NCBI RefSeq assembly: GCF_009914755.1
Contig: NC_060925.1
Length of the DNA: 64,000 nt
From: the human T2T-CHM13v2.0 reference genome, Homo sapiens
Strand: one strand, 5' to 3'
Of the stretch, positions 1-15,099 are shown piece by piece (the first letter of the stretch is position 1; the number at the start of each line of letters is the position of its first letter). The notes beneath the pieces are model-generated. The model was not told where the DNA came from, made no database searches, and was given only the letters and a program-made list of their open reading frames with translations. Both the position numbers and the translations under genes were made by a program.

Positions 1-923
1 ATCTGTCCATCTGACAAAGGGCTAATATCCAGAATCTATAAGGAACTTAAACAAGTTTACAAGAAAAAAACAACCCCATCAAAATGTGGGTGAAGGATAT
101 GAACAGCCACTTCTCAAAAGAGGACATTTATGCAGCCAACAAACATATGAAAAAAAGCTCATCATCACTGGTCATTAGAGAAACGCAAATCAAAACCACA
201 GTGAGATACCATCTCACATCAGTTAGAATGGCAATCATCAAAAAGTCAGGAAGCAACAGATGCTGGAAAAGATGTGGAGAAATAGAAATGCTCTTACACT
301 GTTGGTGGGAGTGTAAATTAGTTCAACCATTGTAGAAGACAGTGTGGCGATTCCTCAAGCATCTAAAACCAGAAATACCATTTGACCCAGCAATCTCATT
401 ACTGGGTATATACCCAAAGGATTATAAATCATTCTAATATAAAGACACATGGACACGTATGTTTATTATGGCACTATTCACAATAGCAAAGACTTGGAAC
501 CAACCCAAATGTCCATCAATGACAGACTGGATAAAGAAAATGTGGACCATATACACCATGGAATACTATGCATCCATAAAAAAGGATAAGTTCATGTCCT
601 TTGCCGGGACCTGGATGAAGCTGGAAACCATCATTCTCAGCAAACTAACACTGGAACAGAAAATCAAACACCGCATATTCTCACTCATAAGTGGGAGTTG
701 AACAATGAGAACACATGGACACAGGGAGGGGAACATCACACACAGGGGCCTGTTGGGGGTTGGGAGGCTAGGGGAGGGATAGCATTAGGAGAAATACCTA
801 ATGTAGGTGACAGGTTGATGGGTGCAGCAAACCACCATGGCACGTGTATACCTATGTAACAAACCTGCACATTCTGTGCATGTATCCCAGAACTTAAACT
901 ATAATAAAAAATTTTTAAAAAAA
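1..923 (+). mobile_element. L1PA (L1PA7-like) 3' end; element continues upstream of the window
   Basis: ORF2 C-terminal remnants (HCWWECKLVQPL; ...LISGS stop), G-rich 3'UTR, A-rich tail at 901-923. Confidence 0.95.
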
Positions 924-1279
924 GAGTACAAAGACTATGAACTAAGTTTCCAGTGCTTCGCCTCAGTAAATGATTCAGAAATAAAGGACTTTGTTACCTG
1001 AGCATAACACTCAAAAAAGCCAGAAAGTTTATACTATCTGAAATTTGGCCTAAGAAAAATATAGAACAAATGGAGCTTACAATGATGCTTTAAGGATGCT
1101 ACATAGTCAACCCTGGTTGTGCTTTAAACACGGAGTTCCAGAAAGTTAAGGTTGTTTGTATTTGACCTGAAGAGTACGTATGGAACAAATGTTATAAATG
1201 CTGCATCGCCAGTCTTGTGTAGCTAAAACTTATATCCCAACGTAGTTTAAATCCTAGATTTGATGGAAGCAGTTTAACA

Positions 1280-1420
1280 CAGGTTAATATGATAGCGTTT
1301 GAAATAAGCTAGGCCTAGTTTCAAACCCTGGGTAACCTCTGAGCCTCAGTTTCTTCATTAGTTAAATGGGAATAATGAATCACTTTACAAAATTATTGTG
1401 CAGATGGAATAAAGTGCTTA
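1280..1420 (+). mobile_element. MIR fragment
   Basis: Core motif ctctgagcctcagtttcttcatt...aaatgggaataat. Confidence 0.7.
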
Positions 1421-2019
1421 TTACATTCTCTCTTTCTCTAAGAATAGAAAGAACCCTCTGTTCTTTCTATTCTTTAAGTTTAATCTAATTTAATAGGTAT
1501 ACTAATATCTGACTTGCCTTCTCAAAATTGAAAAATAAAATTACAAAAAATTTTTAGCAATTAAAATATCAGATGTAGATATTGAAATCTTATAAACATG
1601 TTTCCTGTCTTTATTTCATATGAGAGGTATCATTAGGACTTTTGTCTTTATTAGCATATAACATTTATATCACAGAGTAAACCATTTGGGCTGATGATAT
1701 GTGTAAAATTCAGAAAACATAAGCATTCAATATGCATTATTCCTATTATATGTGTATTGATTTATACAAAAATTTATAAGAAACAATTTTTATGCACTTG
1801 AGAGAACACTAAATCATTCAAAATTTGGTATTTGTTAAGAAGTATGTTATGTCTGTATGGTAGATGTTTTAGATCATCACCTCAAGCTATTGATGCGAAA
1901 CTGTAACTAGATGCAATTTAACAAGCAATGGCTGAGTTTCCATTGTTTTCCTAGCATTAACTTAGGTACTGTCAGGAATATCAAGAAATTGAGTGTCAAT
2001 TGATGAATCCATAACCCCA

Positions 2020-2520
2020 AATATCTGACCCCATTCTCCCATTTCCAGAACCCTCCCTATCTTCAAACATCTTTTACCCCATCAGAACCACCAATCCATT
2101 ATATTGGCATCTTCTCATGCACTTCTCCACAACATCGATGTTTTCTCTGCCCTCTTTATATGGTTCAAATTCTATAGTCAATTATCAGATTACTCCCTTG
2201 TGGACCCCCTTGACACCCTTTCTTCTCTCTCATGTCACTGTGCTTGCTTGCTCAGCAAAATTACAACCCTGGCTGAATTCAACTCTCTATGTAGTGCTGA
2301 AAGGAACTAGCAAAAAGACTCAACCATACCAACTGATTGAATTCATGGTTGCAAATCTGAAGTGCAGTCTTGAGGCTTACCAGTGATCATTTCATACTTC
2401 CCTAGTCCATTGACTCTCCCTCTGTTCTGGGGACAATTTCATATCTTCTCTGGCCTTAAACCATCCATACCTCCTTTCCCATCTTCATGACTACTAATCC
2501 TACTCTTCTGAAAAAACTAA
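2020..2520 (+). mobile_element. Probable L2 fragment
   Basis: Pyrimidine-rich degenerate sequence resembling the L2 ORF2 body. Confidence 0.45.
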
Positions 2521-3429
2521 AGCTCACTTCAGAGAAGAAGCATGTCTCATTTGCTATTTGTGAATACGGCAATTTTCCATTTTTTAAATTAAATATACCA
2601 TTTTGCCTATAAAACATAATGCTTCCCATATAATTACTTTAGAATACAGTCCTTACTGTAAATGGTTGTTCAGCCTAGGTTTGAATATAACCTAAATATA
2701 ATAAGCTTGGGTCTCCAGGGAAATCAAAAGAAGTGAACTTGTGGGTTCCCTTAGAAGAGAGTTCATTGTGGGCCTGTGATAGAAATTTTTAGTGATATCT
2801 CAGCTGAAAAATAGAGATCAGAGCTTGGATTACGTGGTCTACAAATTATTGACCCTGTTTAATCACAAGTCAGAATGTTTGGAATAAGATATATTGCTCA
2901 AGTAAGGCTATTTATTCCATGTCTGAATGAATAAATGTAAAAATCAAAACAAAGTTATATCTTAGAAAGCATGCATATGTATATATACAACAAATATATA
3001 TAACATTTATAAGTAAATATATGTACATACGAATTTCTTTATAAATTGAAAACAGTTGTTTCTGAGGACCAGACAGAAGATTACAAAGGTTGATTAATAA
3101 AAGTATGGGCTTTATTTGTCTAATGACATATCTAACAATTTCAACAGGTGGTTGCATAATGGATTAAAAAAGATATCGTGTTTTGAAAATTTTATTAAAT
3201 CCCATATATATCTATTCTCATCTGTAAACACCCATTAGATATTTAAATAAAACTTCTACTCTTGTAAATGTGTGGTTCTTCATTTGAAAAATGAAAATCA
3301 TATTGCTTAATACAGCTTCAAAATTATTGAAAGAATTAAATGATTTTTTCACAGTGACAAAGTGAAGTGTAAGTTACCTTATACTTATTAATTAAAATTC
3401 TTATTCATACTATAATTTTATCTAGAATT

Positions 3430-3630
3430 TTTCAAGTACTTATTAAGAGCCAGACATGATACTCAGTGTTTTACATTCATATCATCAAATACTCAGAATA
3501 ACCCTCTGAATTCAACAAGAAATGACTAATTCTTTCAAATATTATAATGCCATCTAAGATTAAATGCTCAGTTAAGTGACAAAACTGGTACTTGGTCACC
3601 TTTCCAACCTGTGCTTTTAACCACTACACT
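3430..3630 (-). mobile_element. MIR fragment
   Basis: gccagacatgatactcagtgttttacatt...ataaccctctga...tgcttttaaccactacac resembles antisense MIR. Confidence 0.55.
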
Positions 3631-4663
3631 TTTAACTACTACTATTTCTCTGTGTTTGGGTTGAACTCCTAGGTGAAGATATGCTCAAAGAACTTTCCCT
3701 AAACTCTAGAACTCATATATTAATATACATGGTGAAGAGCCACTGGTAACCTACTTTTCTAAATGTGTTCCAAGAAATTAAGCAAATTAAGATAACCACA
3801 AAAGCCTCAGCAAAAATGTTGCTGAGCATAAACTCCATCGACTCAATAGCTGAAACAAAAGCATACTCTTACTTTCTTGCCACATTTTGTTTTTCCTGAA
3901 TTTAATGTTTGTTTTGTTGATTTTATTGCTTAGCTTTTTGTGAGGTTTTTTTTATCAGTCCAACCCAGAACTCTCCCTAAGCTGCGTAAATTTCCTGTCA
4001 ATATGTTCAAACACATTAGTTGTTCTTTCACTTATAGCTCATTGGGCAAAAATTCTCTAGGAGCTTTTTGAACTGATGCAATCTAGACTGTGTGCTCTCC
4101 AGGCCTGCTGTGAGCCTTTGCCTTGTGAAACCTCCACCATCATTCTGGGGATTCCCTTTGCCTCTCTTATGTTGGACCATCTGGTTCCTGGTTACATTTC
4201 TTCCTTAATACATCATTTTGGTGACAAACATCCTACAGAAGATCTTTGGAAAACGGTGTGTGCAAAATAAAAATTTGGGGAACTTGAACATCTGAAAATA
4301 TCTTTTAAAAAAATCTAGGAGGTTATTACTTCCAATCAGACAGCTTATTTTCAGCTCAGTTAAGTTTAAAATTTTGTTAGCTTTTCTCTTTAGTATCCTC
4401 AGAAGGTTGGCTGTGTCTTTTTTTTGGAATACCCTTCCACCTGTTTGGTAAGAACAAGGCAACTTTAAAAAATTCTGTGTTCTTAGGAAATGTCATTTAT
4501 TTGGCAGGGATCCCAATGTGCAGCACAGCTTGATCCCCCTTCACAGTCCCCAAAACAGCTAGGCTTGACACCAAAAAGCTCTTTCAATGACAGCCATTCA
4601 CTTATCAAAATTATTCTGAACTTAGAGAATATGGCTTTAAACAAAAAATGTACTTCAAGAAGC

Positions 4664-5411
<748 letters not shown>

Positions 5412-8400
5412 GGAACATTCTGACAAATCTGCAGCCAGTATTTCTTCTCCAAAAGTTGTTTTAGCAATTGCATGGTTTTATGGGCATTTCTTATCTCTAT
5501 ATTTTAGTGGAAGGCCTGAAGTGTCCCAGTGAAAAAGGTGTTGAAACATTTTTGACAGTGTCCTTGTTTCACAGTTGGCATTTGACTATGTTTAACTGAA
5601 AGGTAGAATGTAAATATTTAACTTCCATTTTCTATTTAATTTAAAAAATAACTATTTTTTCAAGTATACAACACAGTATAATTACTAACTATAGTCTCCA
5701 TAGTATATATTAGATCTCCAGAACTTGTTCATCTTATAACTGAAAGCTCATACCCTTTGGCCAACACCTCCTCATTACCCACACTCCCCAGCACCTGGTA
5801 ACAACTATTCTACTCTGTTTCTAAGAATTAGACTTTTTTAGATTCCCCGTATAAGTGATGTGATGCCATATTTGTCTTTCTATGTCTAGCTTATTTCACT
5901 TAGCATGTCTTCCAGGCCCATCCATGATGTTCCAAATAGGAGGATTTGCTTATGCTTTAAGGCCAAATAATATTTCATTGTGCACATATATACTATGTGC
6001 ATATATTATATGTGTAGATAAGATATACATATATTATATGTATGTAGGTTTTGCTGTGCAAAAACCTTTTTATTTTGTATAGTCCTACTTGCTTACATTT
6101 GCTTTTGTTGTTTGTGCTTTTGGTGTCACATTCAAAAAAACCATTTCCAAGTCCAATGTCAAGGAGCTCTACCCCTACTTTTTATTCCAGAAGTTTTCAA
6201 GTTTCAGGTCTTATATATATATATAAGTTTTTAAAGTTTCAGGTCTTATATATAAGTCTTTAATCCATTTTGGGTTGATTTTTGTGTATTATCTAAGATA
6301 AGGGTCCAATTTCATTCTTCTACCTGTGGGTTTCTAGTTTTCTCAGCACCATTTGTTGAAGAGACTATCCCCATTGTGTTTTTGGTACATTTGTTAACCA
6401 TCAGTTGATTGATATATATGTGGCTTTTTTTCTGGGATCTCTAATTTATTCCAATGATCTCTAAGTCTGTGTTTGTGCCAATATCAGCCCGTTTTGATTA
6501 TAATAGCTTAGTAATGTAATTTGAAATGAAGAAAGGTGAGGCTTCCAGCTTTTTCTTCTTGCTCAAAATTACTTTAGCTACTCAGAATCTTTTGTGATTT
6601 CATATAAATTTTAGGATTATTTTTTCTATTTCTGTAAAAAAAGTCATTGGGATTTTGATAGGAATTGCATTTAATCTGTGAATTACTTTGGGTAGTGTGG
6701 AATTTTAAACAACATTAATTGTTTCACTCCGTGAATACATGATATCTTCTCATTTATTTTTGTCTTCAATCTTTTCATCAATATTTTGAAGTTTTCAGTG
6801 ATACAGATTTTTCACCTCAGTTAAATTTATTTCTAAGTGTGGTATTCTTTCCCACATTATTGTAAGCATTGTTTTATTTCTTTTTCACATAGTTTGTTGT
6901 GAGTGTATGGAAACAAAATTGACTTTTAAATGTTGATTTTGTAACTTGTGCTCTACTAAATTTGCTTAATAGTTCTAATAGTTTTTGGTGGATTGTTTAG
7001 GGTTTTCTATATATAAGATGCTGGCATCCACAAACAGGGACCATTCAGCTTTCCTTTCTGACTTAGTTGCCTTTTATTTCTTTTTCTTGCCTAACCCTCT
7101 GGTTAAAACTTTCAGTACTATGTTAAATAGAAGTGACAAGAGTGATCATCCTTGTCATGTTCCTGTTCTTAGATGAAAAGCTTTCAACTTTTCACTGTTG
7201 AGTATGATGTTGGCTGTAGTGTTGTCATATGTGGCTTTTATTGTGTTGAAGTACATTTCTTCTATACCTAATTTGTGGAGAGTTTCATTATGAAAGGATG
7301 TTGGATTTTGTTCAATGCTTTTTTCTGCATCTAGTAAAATGATCATATGATTCTTATCCTTCATTCTCTTGATGTGGTGTATCACATTTATTGATTTGTG
7401 GATGATAAACCATCTTTGCCTCCCCAGGGTAAATCCCATTTGACTATGGTATATGATCCTTTTAGTGTGCTGTTGTATTGGGGTTTCTAGTACTTCCTTG
7501 AGGATTTTTGCACATATGTTCATCAGGGATGTTGGCCTGTAATTTTCTTTTTTTGTTGTTTCTTGTCTGGGTTTGGTGTCAAGGTAATGCTAGTCTTCGA
7601 AATTGGATTTGAAAGTGTTCCCTTCTCTTCAATTGTTTGAGAAGGTTGATATTAATTCTCCTTTCAACATTTGGTAGAATTCACAGTGAAGTCATAGGGT
7701 ACTGGGCTTTTCATTGTTGGGAGATTTCTGTTTACTGATTCAATCTCCTTATTAGTTATGTCTGTTCAAATTTTTTATTCATGATTCAGTCTAAGCAGGC
7801 TCTATATCAATAAGAATTTATTTCTTCTAGATTATTCAGTTGTTTGTTGGAATATAATTTCTTGTAGTGGTATCTTATCATGATTTGTATATCTGTAGTA
7901 ACAGTTGTAGTGTCTTCTCATTCATTTCTGATTCTACTTATTTAAGTAGGTTCCCTTTTATTCTTACTGTAGCTAAAGGCTTGTCAATTTTATCTTCTCA
8001 AAAAAAACAAATTCTAGTTTCATTGATCTTTTCTGATTTTTCTTTTGTCACTGCTTCATTTACTGCTGCTCTGATATTTGTTGGGTTTGTTCTTATTTTT
8101 CTAATTACTTGAAGTGTAAAGTTAGCTTGTTTATTTGAGATCTTTCTTTGTTCTTAATTTGGCATTTATTTCTATAAACTTCCCTCTTAAAACTGCTTTT
8201 GCTGAATCCCATAAGTTTTGGTATGTTGTATTTCTATTTTTTTTTGTATCAAGATTTTCTTTTAATTTTCCTTTTGATTTCTTCTTTGACCTAATGGTTG
8301 CTCAGGATGGTACTATTTGGTTTCCACATATTTGTGAATTTTCCAGTTTTCCTCTTGTTAGTGATTTCTGGTTTTATATATATCATTGCTGTTGAAAAGA

Positions 8401-8528
8401 TACTTGATATTATTTCAGTCTTTGTAAATTTTTTAAGACTTATTTTGTGGCCTTGCATATAATCTTCCTGCAGAATATTTCATGTGTGCTTGAGATTAAT
8501 GTGTATTCTGCTGCTGTTGAATGGAATG

Positions 8529-8592
<64 letters not shown>
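8529..8592. repeat. Compound microsatellite (CT)n(GT)n
   Basis: Seen directly. Confidence 0.98.
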
Positions 8593-8594
<2 letters not shown>

Positions 8595-9344
8595 CTGCAT
8601 AATCTACCCTGTTGCAAGCAGGGTATCGAAGTCCCTACTATTATTATATTTTATTCCATTTCTCCTTTCAGTCTGTCAATGCTTGCTTCATATATTTAGG
8701 TTATCTGATATTGGGTGCATATATATTTAAATTATATCCTCTTGCTGAATTGACACTTTTATCATTATATAATTACCCTCTTTGTCACTTGTGACAGGTT
8801 TTGACTTAAAGCCTATTTTGTCTGAAATAAGTACAGATACTCCTGCTCTCTTTTGGTTTATATTTGCATGAAATATTATTTCTATCCTTCAGCCTACATA
8901 AGTCCCTAAAGTTTGTTTCAAGCACGTGTAGTTGGGTCATGTTTTTTTCACCCATTCAATGACTCTATGTCTTTTCATTAGATTATTTAGCCTATTTACA
9001 TTTAAAATAATTATTGATAGGTAAGGACTTACTATTACCATTTTGTTGATTTTTTTTCTGATTGTTTTATAGTTTCTTTGTTCTTTCTTTTTGCTCTCTT
9101 CCTTTGTGATTTAATTTTATATGGTGGTATGTTTTAAATTATTTATTTTTATCTTCTGTGTATCTACTATAGGTCTTTGCTTTGTGGTTACCATGGGGCT
9201 ACATTATAACATAGGCTATGTTATAACATCTTATAGTTATAACACTATTTTAAGCTGATAATAACTTAACTTTGATCACTTATAAAAAATCCACACATCC
9301 CCATGCACATACACACATTTTAGGTATTTGATATTATAGTTTAT

Positions 9345-10132
9345 TACTATTATCATTATAATACTTTAAGTTCTGGGGTATATGTACAGAACATGCAGGT
9401 TTGTTATGTAGGTATACACGTGCCATGGTGGTTTGCTGCACCCATCAACCTGTCATCTACATTAGGTATTTCTCCTAATGCTATCTCTTCCCTAGCCCCC
9501 CAACAGACCCCAGTGTGTGATGTTCCCCTCCCTGTGTCCATGTGTTCTCATTGTTCAACTCCCACTTATGAGTGAGAACATGTGGTGTTTGGTTTTCTGT
9601 TCCAGTGTTAGTTTGCTGAGAATGATGGTTTCCAGCTTCATCCATGTCCCTGCAAAGGACATGAACTCATCCTTTTTTATAGATGCGTAGTATTCCATGG
9701 TGTATATGTGGCACATTTTCTTTATCCAGTCTATCATTGATGGACATTTGAGTTGGTTCCAAGACTTTGCTATTGCGAACAGTGCTGCAATAGACATACA
9801 TGTGCATGTGTCTTTATAGTAGAATGATTTATAATCCTCTGGGTATATACCCAGTAATGGGATTGCTGGGTCAAATAGTATTTCTAGTTCTAGATCCTTA
9901 AGCAATCTCCACACTGTCTTCCACAATGGGTGAACTAATTTACACTCCCACCAACAGTGTAAAAGCATTCCTATTTCTCCACATCCTCTCCAGCATCTGT
10001 TGTTTCCTGACTTTTTAGTGATCACCATTCTAACTGGTGTGAGACAGTATCTCACTGTGATTTTGATTTGCATTTCTCTAGTGACCAGTGATGATGAGCA
10101 TTTTTTCATAAGTTTGTTGGCTACATAAATGT
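9345..10132 (-). mobile_element. 5'-truncated L1PA (L1PA7-like), about 790 bp
   Basis: 184-aa ORF2 C-terminus (ORF 9555-10109) with CWRGC...HCWWEC zinc knuckle; 3'UTR; decayed tail at about 9340-9365. Confidence 0.95.
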
Positions 10133-10592
10133 ATTTCTTTAAATAAGTGTTATGTACTTTCTCTTCTTATTCTGGGTTTTCTATAATCCTTATTTTATTT
10201 CTCTTGAGGGTGTCCCATAAATCCCATAAGCTTTCTTCATTCCTTTTCATTCTGTCTTCATTTTTCTACTCTGACTGGATAATCTTAAATGGGCTGTTTC
10301 CGATTTAGCATTTGTTTTTCCTGCTTGATCAAGTCTGCTGTGGGAGTTCTATATTGCATTTTCCATTTCATTTATTGTATTCATCGGCTCCAGAATTTCT
10401 GGGATTTTTTTAATGATTTCTATCTCTTCATTTAACTTCTTGTTTTGTTCATTGTTTTCCTGATTTTATTGATTTGTCCATCTGTGCCCTCTTGTAGCTT
10501 ACTTAGCTTCCTTAAAATATTAATTTTGATGTTTTTGTCAGGCAATTAATGGAGCTTCATTTCTTTCAGTTTGGTTACTAGAAAATTGTGTT

Positions 10593-10898
<306 letters not shown>

Positions 10899-12739
10899 TC
10901 ATATTCCCTTGTTTTGTTTTGTTTGTATTCCTGGAAGTCTTGTATTGTTGTCTTTGCATTTGAAGAAGCTGTCACCTCCTTCAGTCTTTACTGACTTGCT
11001 TCAGGAGAGAAACACCTTCACCAGTCAGCCAGATGATGGATTCTGAGTCTTTCTCAGACTTTTGCTGTGGATGTGCCTGCTCCACCTATTTTGTTTCCTC
11101 TTGGGCAGAATTTCTTAAGATTGCTTGCCCTTTCTCAGTCCCACAAAGCCAGGCTGTGTGCTGGGAGTCTCTCACTTGTTTTTTTAGGCAATGCTCTGAA
11201 ATGCTAAAGTTTGTGTTCCTTCTCCCAATCCCACAAACTCAAGGTGGCTGGCTGTGTATGCTGGCCAGACAACGGCAAGTGCTCACACTCTCTGTCAGGC
11301 ACATGAAAGGAGCTAGCTACAGTTATAGAAGGGAGGCTGAAAAACACAACGTGTTGGGAGGACCTATGAATCAGTTATGGTGGTCCACAGGTGAGGCATA
11401 CCGAACAGGTCATGGGCAAACTTTGTGTTGGAGAATAGTAGAATATACAGCTCTTTGTTAAGTTTTGAACATTGGTTGCTGACAGTCCGTACCTCTCCTC
11501 CCAGCTCCTAGCCTTTCCCAGCCACTCAGCCTTGTTGATGCCCTCAGTATTCTAAGTGGGGCAAGAAAGAGGTAGGCCTCTAAGACAATGTCCCACACAG
11601 TTGGGCAAGCCTCACTCACTATATTTTTACTTTCCCCTGTGGGGACAATTGTGAGTTGAAGGAGTTTCTCCTGGCATTGAGCTGTGCTAGCTTGAGGGTG
11701 GGGTGAAATGGGTAAAATGAAACTATTCTCCGTACTATCTTCAATGAGTCTACTCTCATAAGCTTTGCTCCAATGATATGCTGGAATTTGTCCGCTGGAC
11801 TCCCAAACTCCCACAAAAATACTCTCATCTGCAGGTGGTTGCCAAAATCAGTAAACTGTGAGATGTTAGAAAACTCCTATTCTGCCATCTTGCTTATGTC
11901 ACTGAAAATATCTTTATTCCACACTCATTTTCATAGTTTGGGAATATTAGTTTGGTGGTGTATAGGATTTTAGTTGAAAATCATTTTCCTTCAGAAGTTG
12001 GATATAGTTCTGTATAATTTTCTTATTCCAAATATTTTTGAGAAGTCAAATGTCATCTAGATTTTGATCCTTTGTGTGAAACCTGATTTTTCTCTCCCCT
12101 CTTAATCCTCGATATTCCTTGAATGAGTGAGCTTTTCTAATCTGAAATAATCTTATTCATTGTTTGAAATTACTGAAATATTCTTGAATTGTTCCTTTCG
12201 TATTTTCTATCTTTTGTGTTCTCAGTTTACTCTTCTTTGAACTTCCATTACTCAGATACTAAAATGTCTCAACTATTATAAATTCATCTTTACTGTCTTT
12301 TTGCCTAATGTTACCACATTTTCTAGAAGACTTCTTCACATTTATCTTTTGATTCTTCTATAGTTTTTCTTTCAATCATTCTTCTGAGTTAGAACATCAA
12401 TTTAAGAAAAATGTCATGAAGTCTTTTTCATCCCATTTTTTATGTCTGTAACCTTGGCACAATGTCTGGCACTTTTGGGTCTTCAAAGAACAGCAGCTTT
12501 AAAAGTGTGTGTGTGGGAAAAAAAAGTGTGTGTGTGTGCGTACACGCACATTAATAATGTATATATTCACAGTATATATATTATATTATATTCTTTCAGC
12601 ACACTAATTCTTTTTCCTGTGTTCTCTAAGGTAGATAAATTTTATACGTTTATACCTGAAGCCAGATAATTTTGATATGTTTTTGGTTCTTTTCTTGACT
12701 TACATCCTCTGATTCTTTTTTATTTCTAATAATTATAGA

Positions 12740-12950
12740 TAGCATTATTACAGCACTTTGTGCCAATTGCTTTTCTGTATAATCTCTTTTAATCCTCACT
12801 ACAACTCTATGATAAAACCATTCATATAATCACTATTTTTCAGAGTAGAAAACTAAGGCATTGGGAGTTTAAAAGACTTGCCTAGGGCTACCAGCCAGAA
12901 GGTATATAGCTAGGATTCCATCTCGAGCCAACAGACTGTGCTCTGAATTA
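12740..12950 (-). mobile_element. MIR
   Basis: ttaatcctcactacaactctatga...ttttcagagtagaaaactaaggca...gacttgcctaggg. Confidence 0.7.
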
Positions 12951-14724
12951 TTTTAAATTTAAACTGTAAACAATATAATACAAATTTTTAAACAAATAAT
13001 ATAGCACCATTTTCACCACAGTAGGCAATTCCATTTTCAGTAGAAGATAAAGAGACGTCATCTTTTTCTTAAAATCATATTTTAATTCACTTCTGCCTCC
13101 ATGTCCTGATTTACACGTAATTCAAGCATATACCATTTTAAGACAGGGACCTGTGGTGATAAGGCATCATGTATAGCAGCATGCAATGAGCCCAGATTGG
13201 AGAGTGAACAGAAAAAGCTAAACGGAGAAAAGGAGAAATTTATACTACTGTCCATTGAAGATATTTAAAGAATTTTATGGGAAAATGTTAAGAATAATTC
13301 ACAACTTAGATTATTGACATGGCTGCCTTTTTTTAGTGACTATTTAATGGAAGAAGTTCTAGGTGTTTCGGCCTTCCAAAAACAAGAGAAACAGGCTTTT
13401 TCATTAAATTCATACACAATGGAGCTCCCAAACTTTTGGAGGCTCTTATTTAGAAGTCAGAATAGTTCAGTAATAATTTTAGGACCGCATGATTTCTGGT
13501 GAAATTTTAAATAGAGAGAAATGGCGTGAGAAACATCGCAAACCCCACTTTGTACCCCTTTGTACCCCTATTTGGCAGTGGATAAGTGACCTGTCCTGGA
13601 TTTGACTACCCTGCTGCTTCAAGGGCTTTGAAGTCCTGTGGACATGGTATTCTAGATGAATGAAATCTAAAAAGGTGGAATATTTTGTTTCTTGAGTATC
13701 CATCATCAAAAAGTTCAATTATATCCTGCCACAAAGTGTTCCTTATCCTTCTGTCAGATATGAAGTACTGGGAAAGGCCAGTTCTTTTTGAAAATTTTTG
13801 CATCCTTGATAATAGTTTCAAAAATTGAGAGAAAGTGGTACTGCAGGCATATCGCATAATAACAGCTTCATATAGCTTCTTCCCTTCTAACTTTTGCAGG
13901 GCCTACTACATTGATCCATTTCTGTCAATTGATTGAAATGTCCCCCACATCTTTTATTCCTCTGACCCTCACATTTATGGATTAGGTTTCAGCTTTTGCA
14001 TTTTCAGTTTCATAGAAAAATCTGTGTTTTTCTGTCACACAGCCAGTAGCACAGCTGTGACAGCAGATGAGCAATTCTCCAAGGGCAATCAGCCAGGCTG
14101 GCTACCTCAGAGACTCCAGGGAGGACCCAAGGAAAACTGCTTGTCTCTTCACACTTTCAGGCAGATGCAGAGCTACACTCTGTACAGCCAACAAAAAAGA
14201 ATTGTATAAAATTTAGCAGAGCCCCATATTAGTTTGGGAATATCTATCAGTTTTGGGTGTATTCCTAAGTATTTTTCACATGTATAAGTTCAACCTTCCT
14301 AACCTTATAAAATGATTATTGGAAGTAAAGATTTTATCTTCTGTTTTCTTTACATCTACTTGTTCTCCCTTCTCTCAGTAGCAGCACTATAACTTAATAA
14401 CTTAAGCTATTTTTATTTCTTTAGGTTACCAAAGATCAAAGATTTATCTTAGGCCAAATACACAATTGTCCTCAATTTTACATCCAATTTTAAACTTTTA
14501 TTATAAAATATTATTTAACATTCAACCTTTATTAAAAATTATGTATATATGATTAATAATATTGATATGTTATTAAGTTTTTATTTCTACTTAAATGCTT
14601 ATCCTAAATGGTGTTTACATCATGTACTGACTCATAGTTTTAATAATTATCTAAATATTAGAACTATAGTTTAAAGAATATTTGTTGGAACATTTTCATG
14701 TACTTTGTTTTTTTCACATTTTAG

Positions 14725-14803
14725 GTGTACAAGAATTTCCAGAAAACATAAAGTGCTGTAAGTGTTTAACAATTATTGAAGCCAGTGTCAATCCCATTTC
14801 TAA
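14725..14803 (+). CDS. LRRC7: LRRC7 (densin-180) internal coding exon, 79 nt, phase 1 to 2; (G)[25 protein letters not shown](K)
   Basis: Acceptor tttttttcacattttag|G (AG 14723-14724), donor AA|gtgagt (GT 14804-14805). Open frame with LRR pattern; peptide recognised as densin-180; phase joins the 23760 exon (AA+A=Lys). Confidence 0.95.
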
Positions 14804-15099
14804 GTGAGTATGAGTGATTAAATTTTATTTGTATTTATATTTCCATTGTATAATAATGTACCTAAATAGAGGAAATGCACATCATAATTTAAATTTAAAT
14901 GTAGCATTGACATAGCATTTAATAGAATGATGGGAAAAATTAATCAGAATAGTTTGACAAAAGATGATTAAAAACATTGCTGAGTAGCAAGGAAGACCCA
15001 ATTGGCAAAAGATGGTATGACTTTGAAACAAACTTTGTCACCATTTTCCACAGCTCTCAGGTAACACTCCATAGATAAGAGTTGAAACTAATAAAACAG

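Noticed and set aside
11033-11973. Overlapping 142-aa and 118-aa ORFs
   Set aside because: They lie in the 5' region of the old L1M and show no protein motifs.
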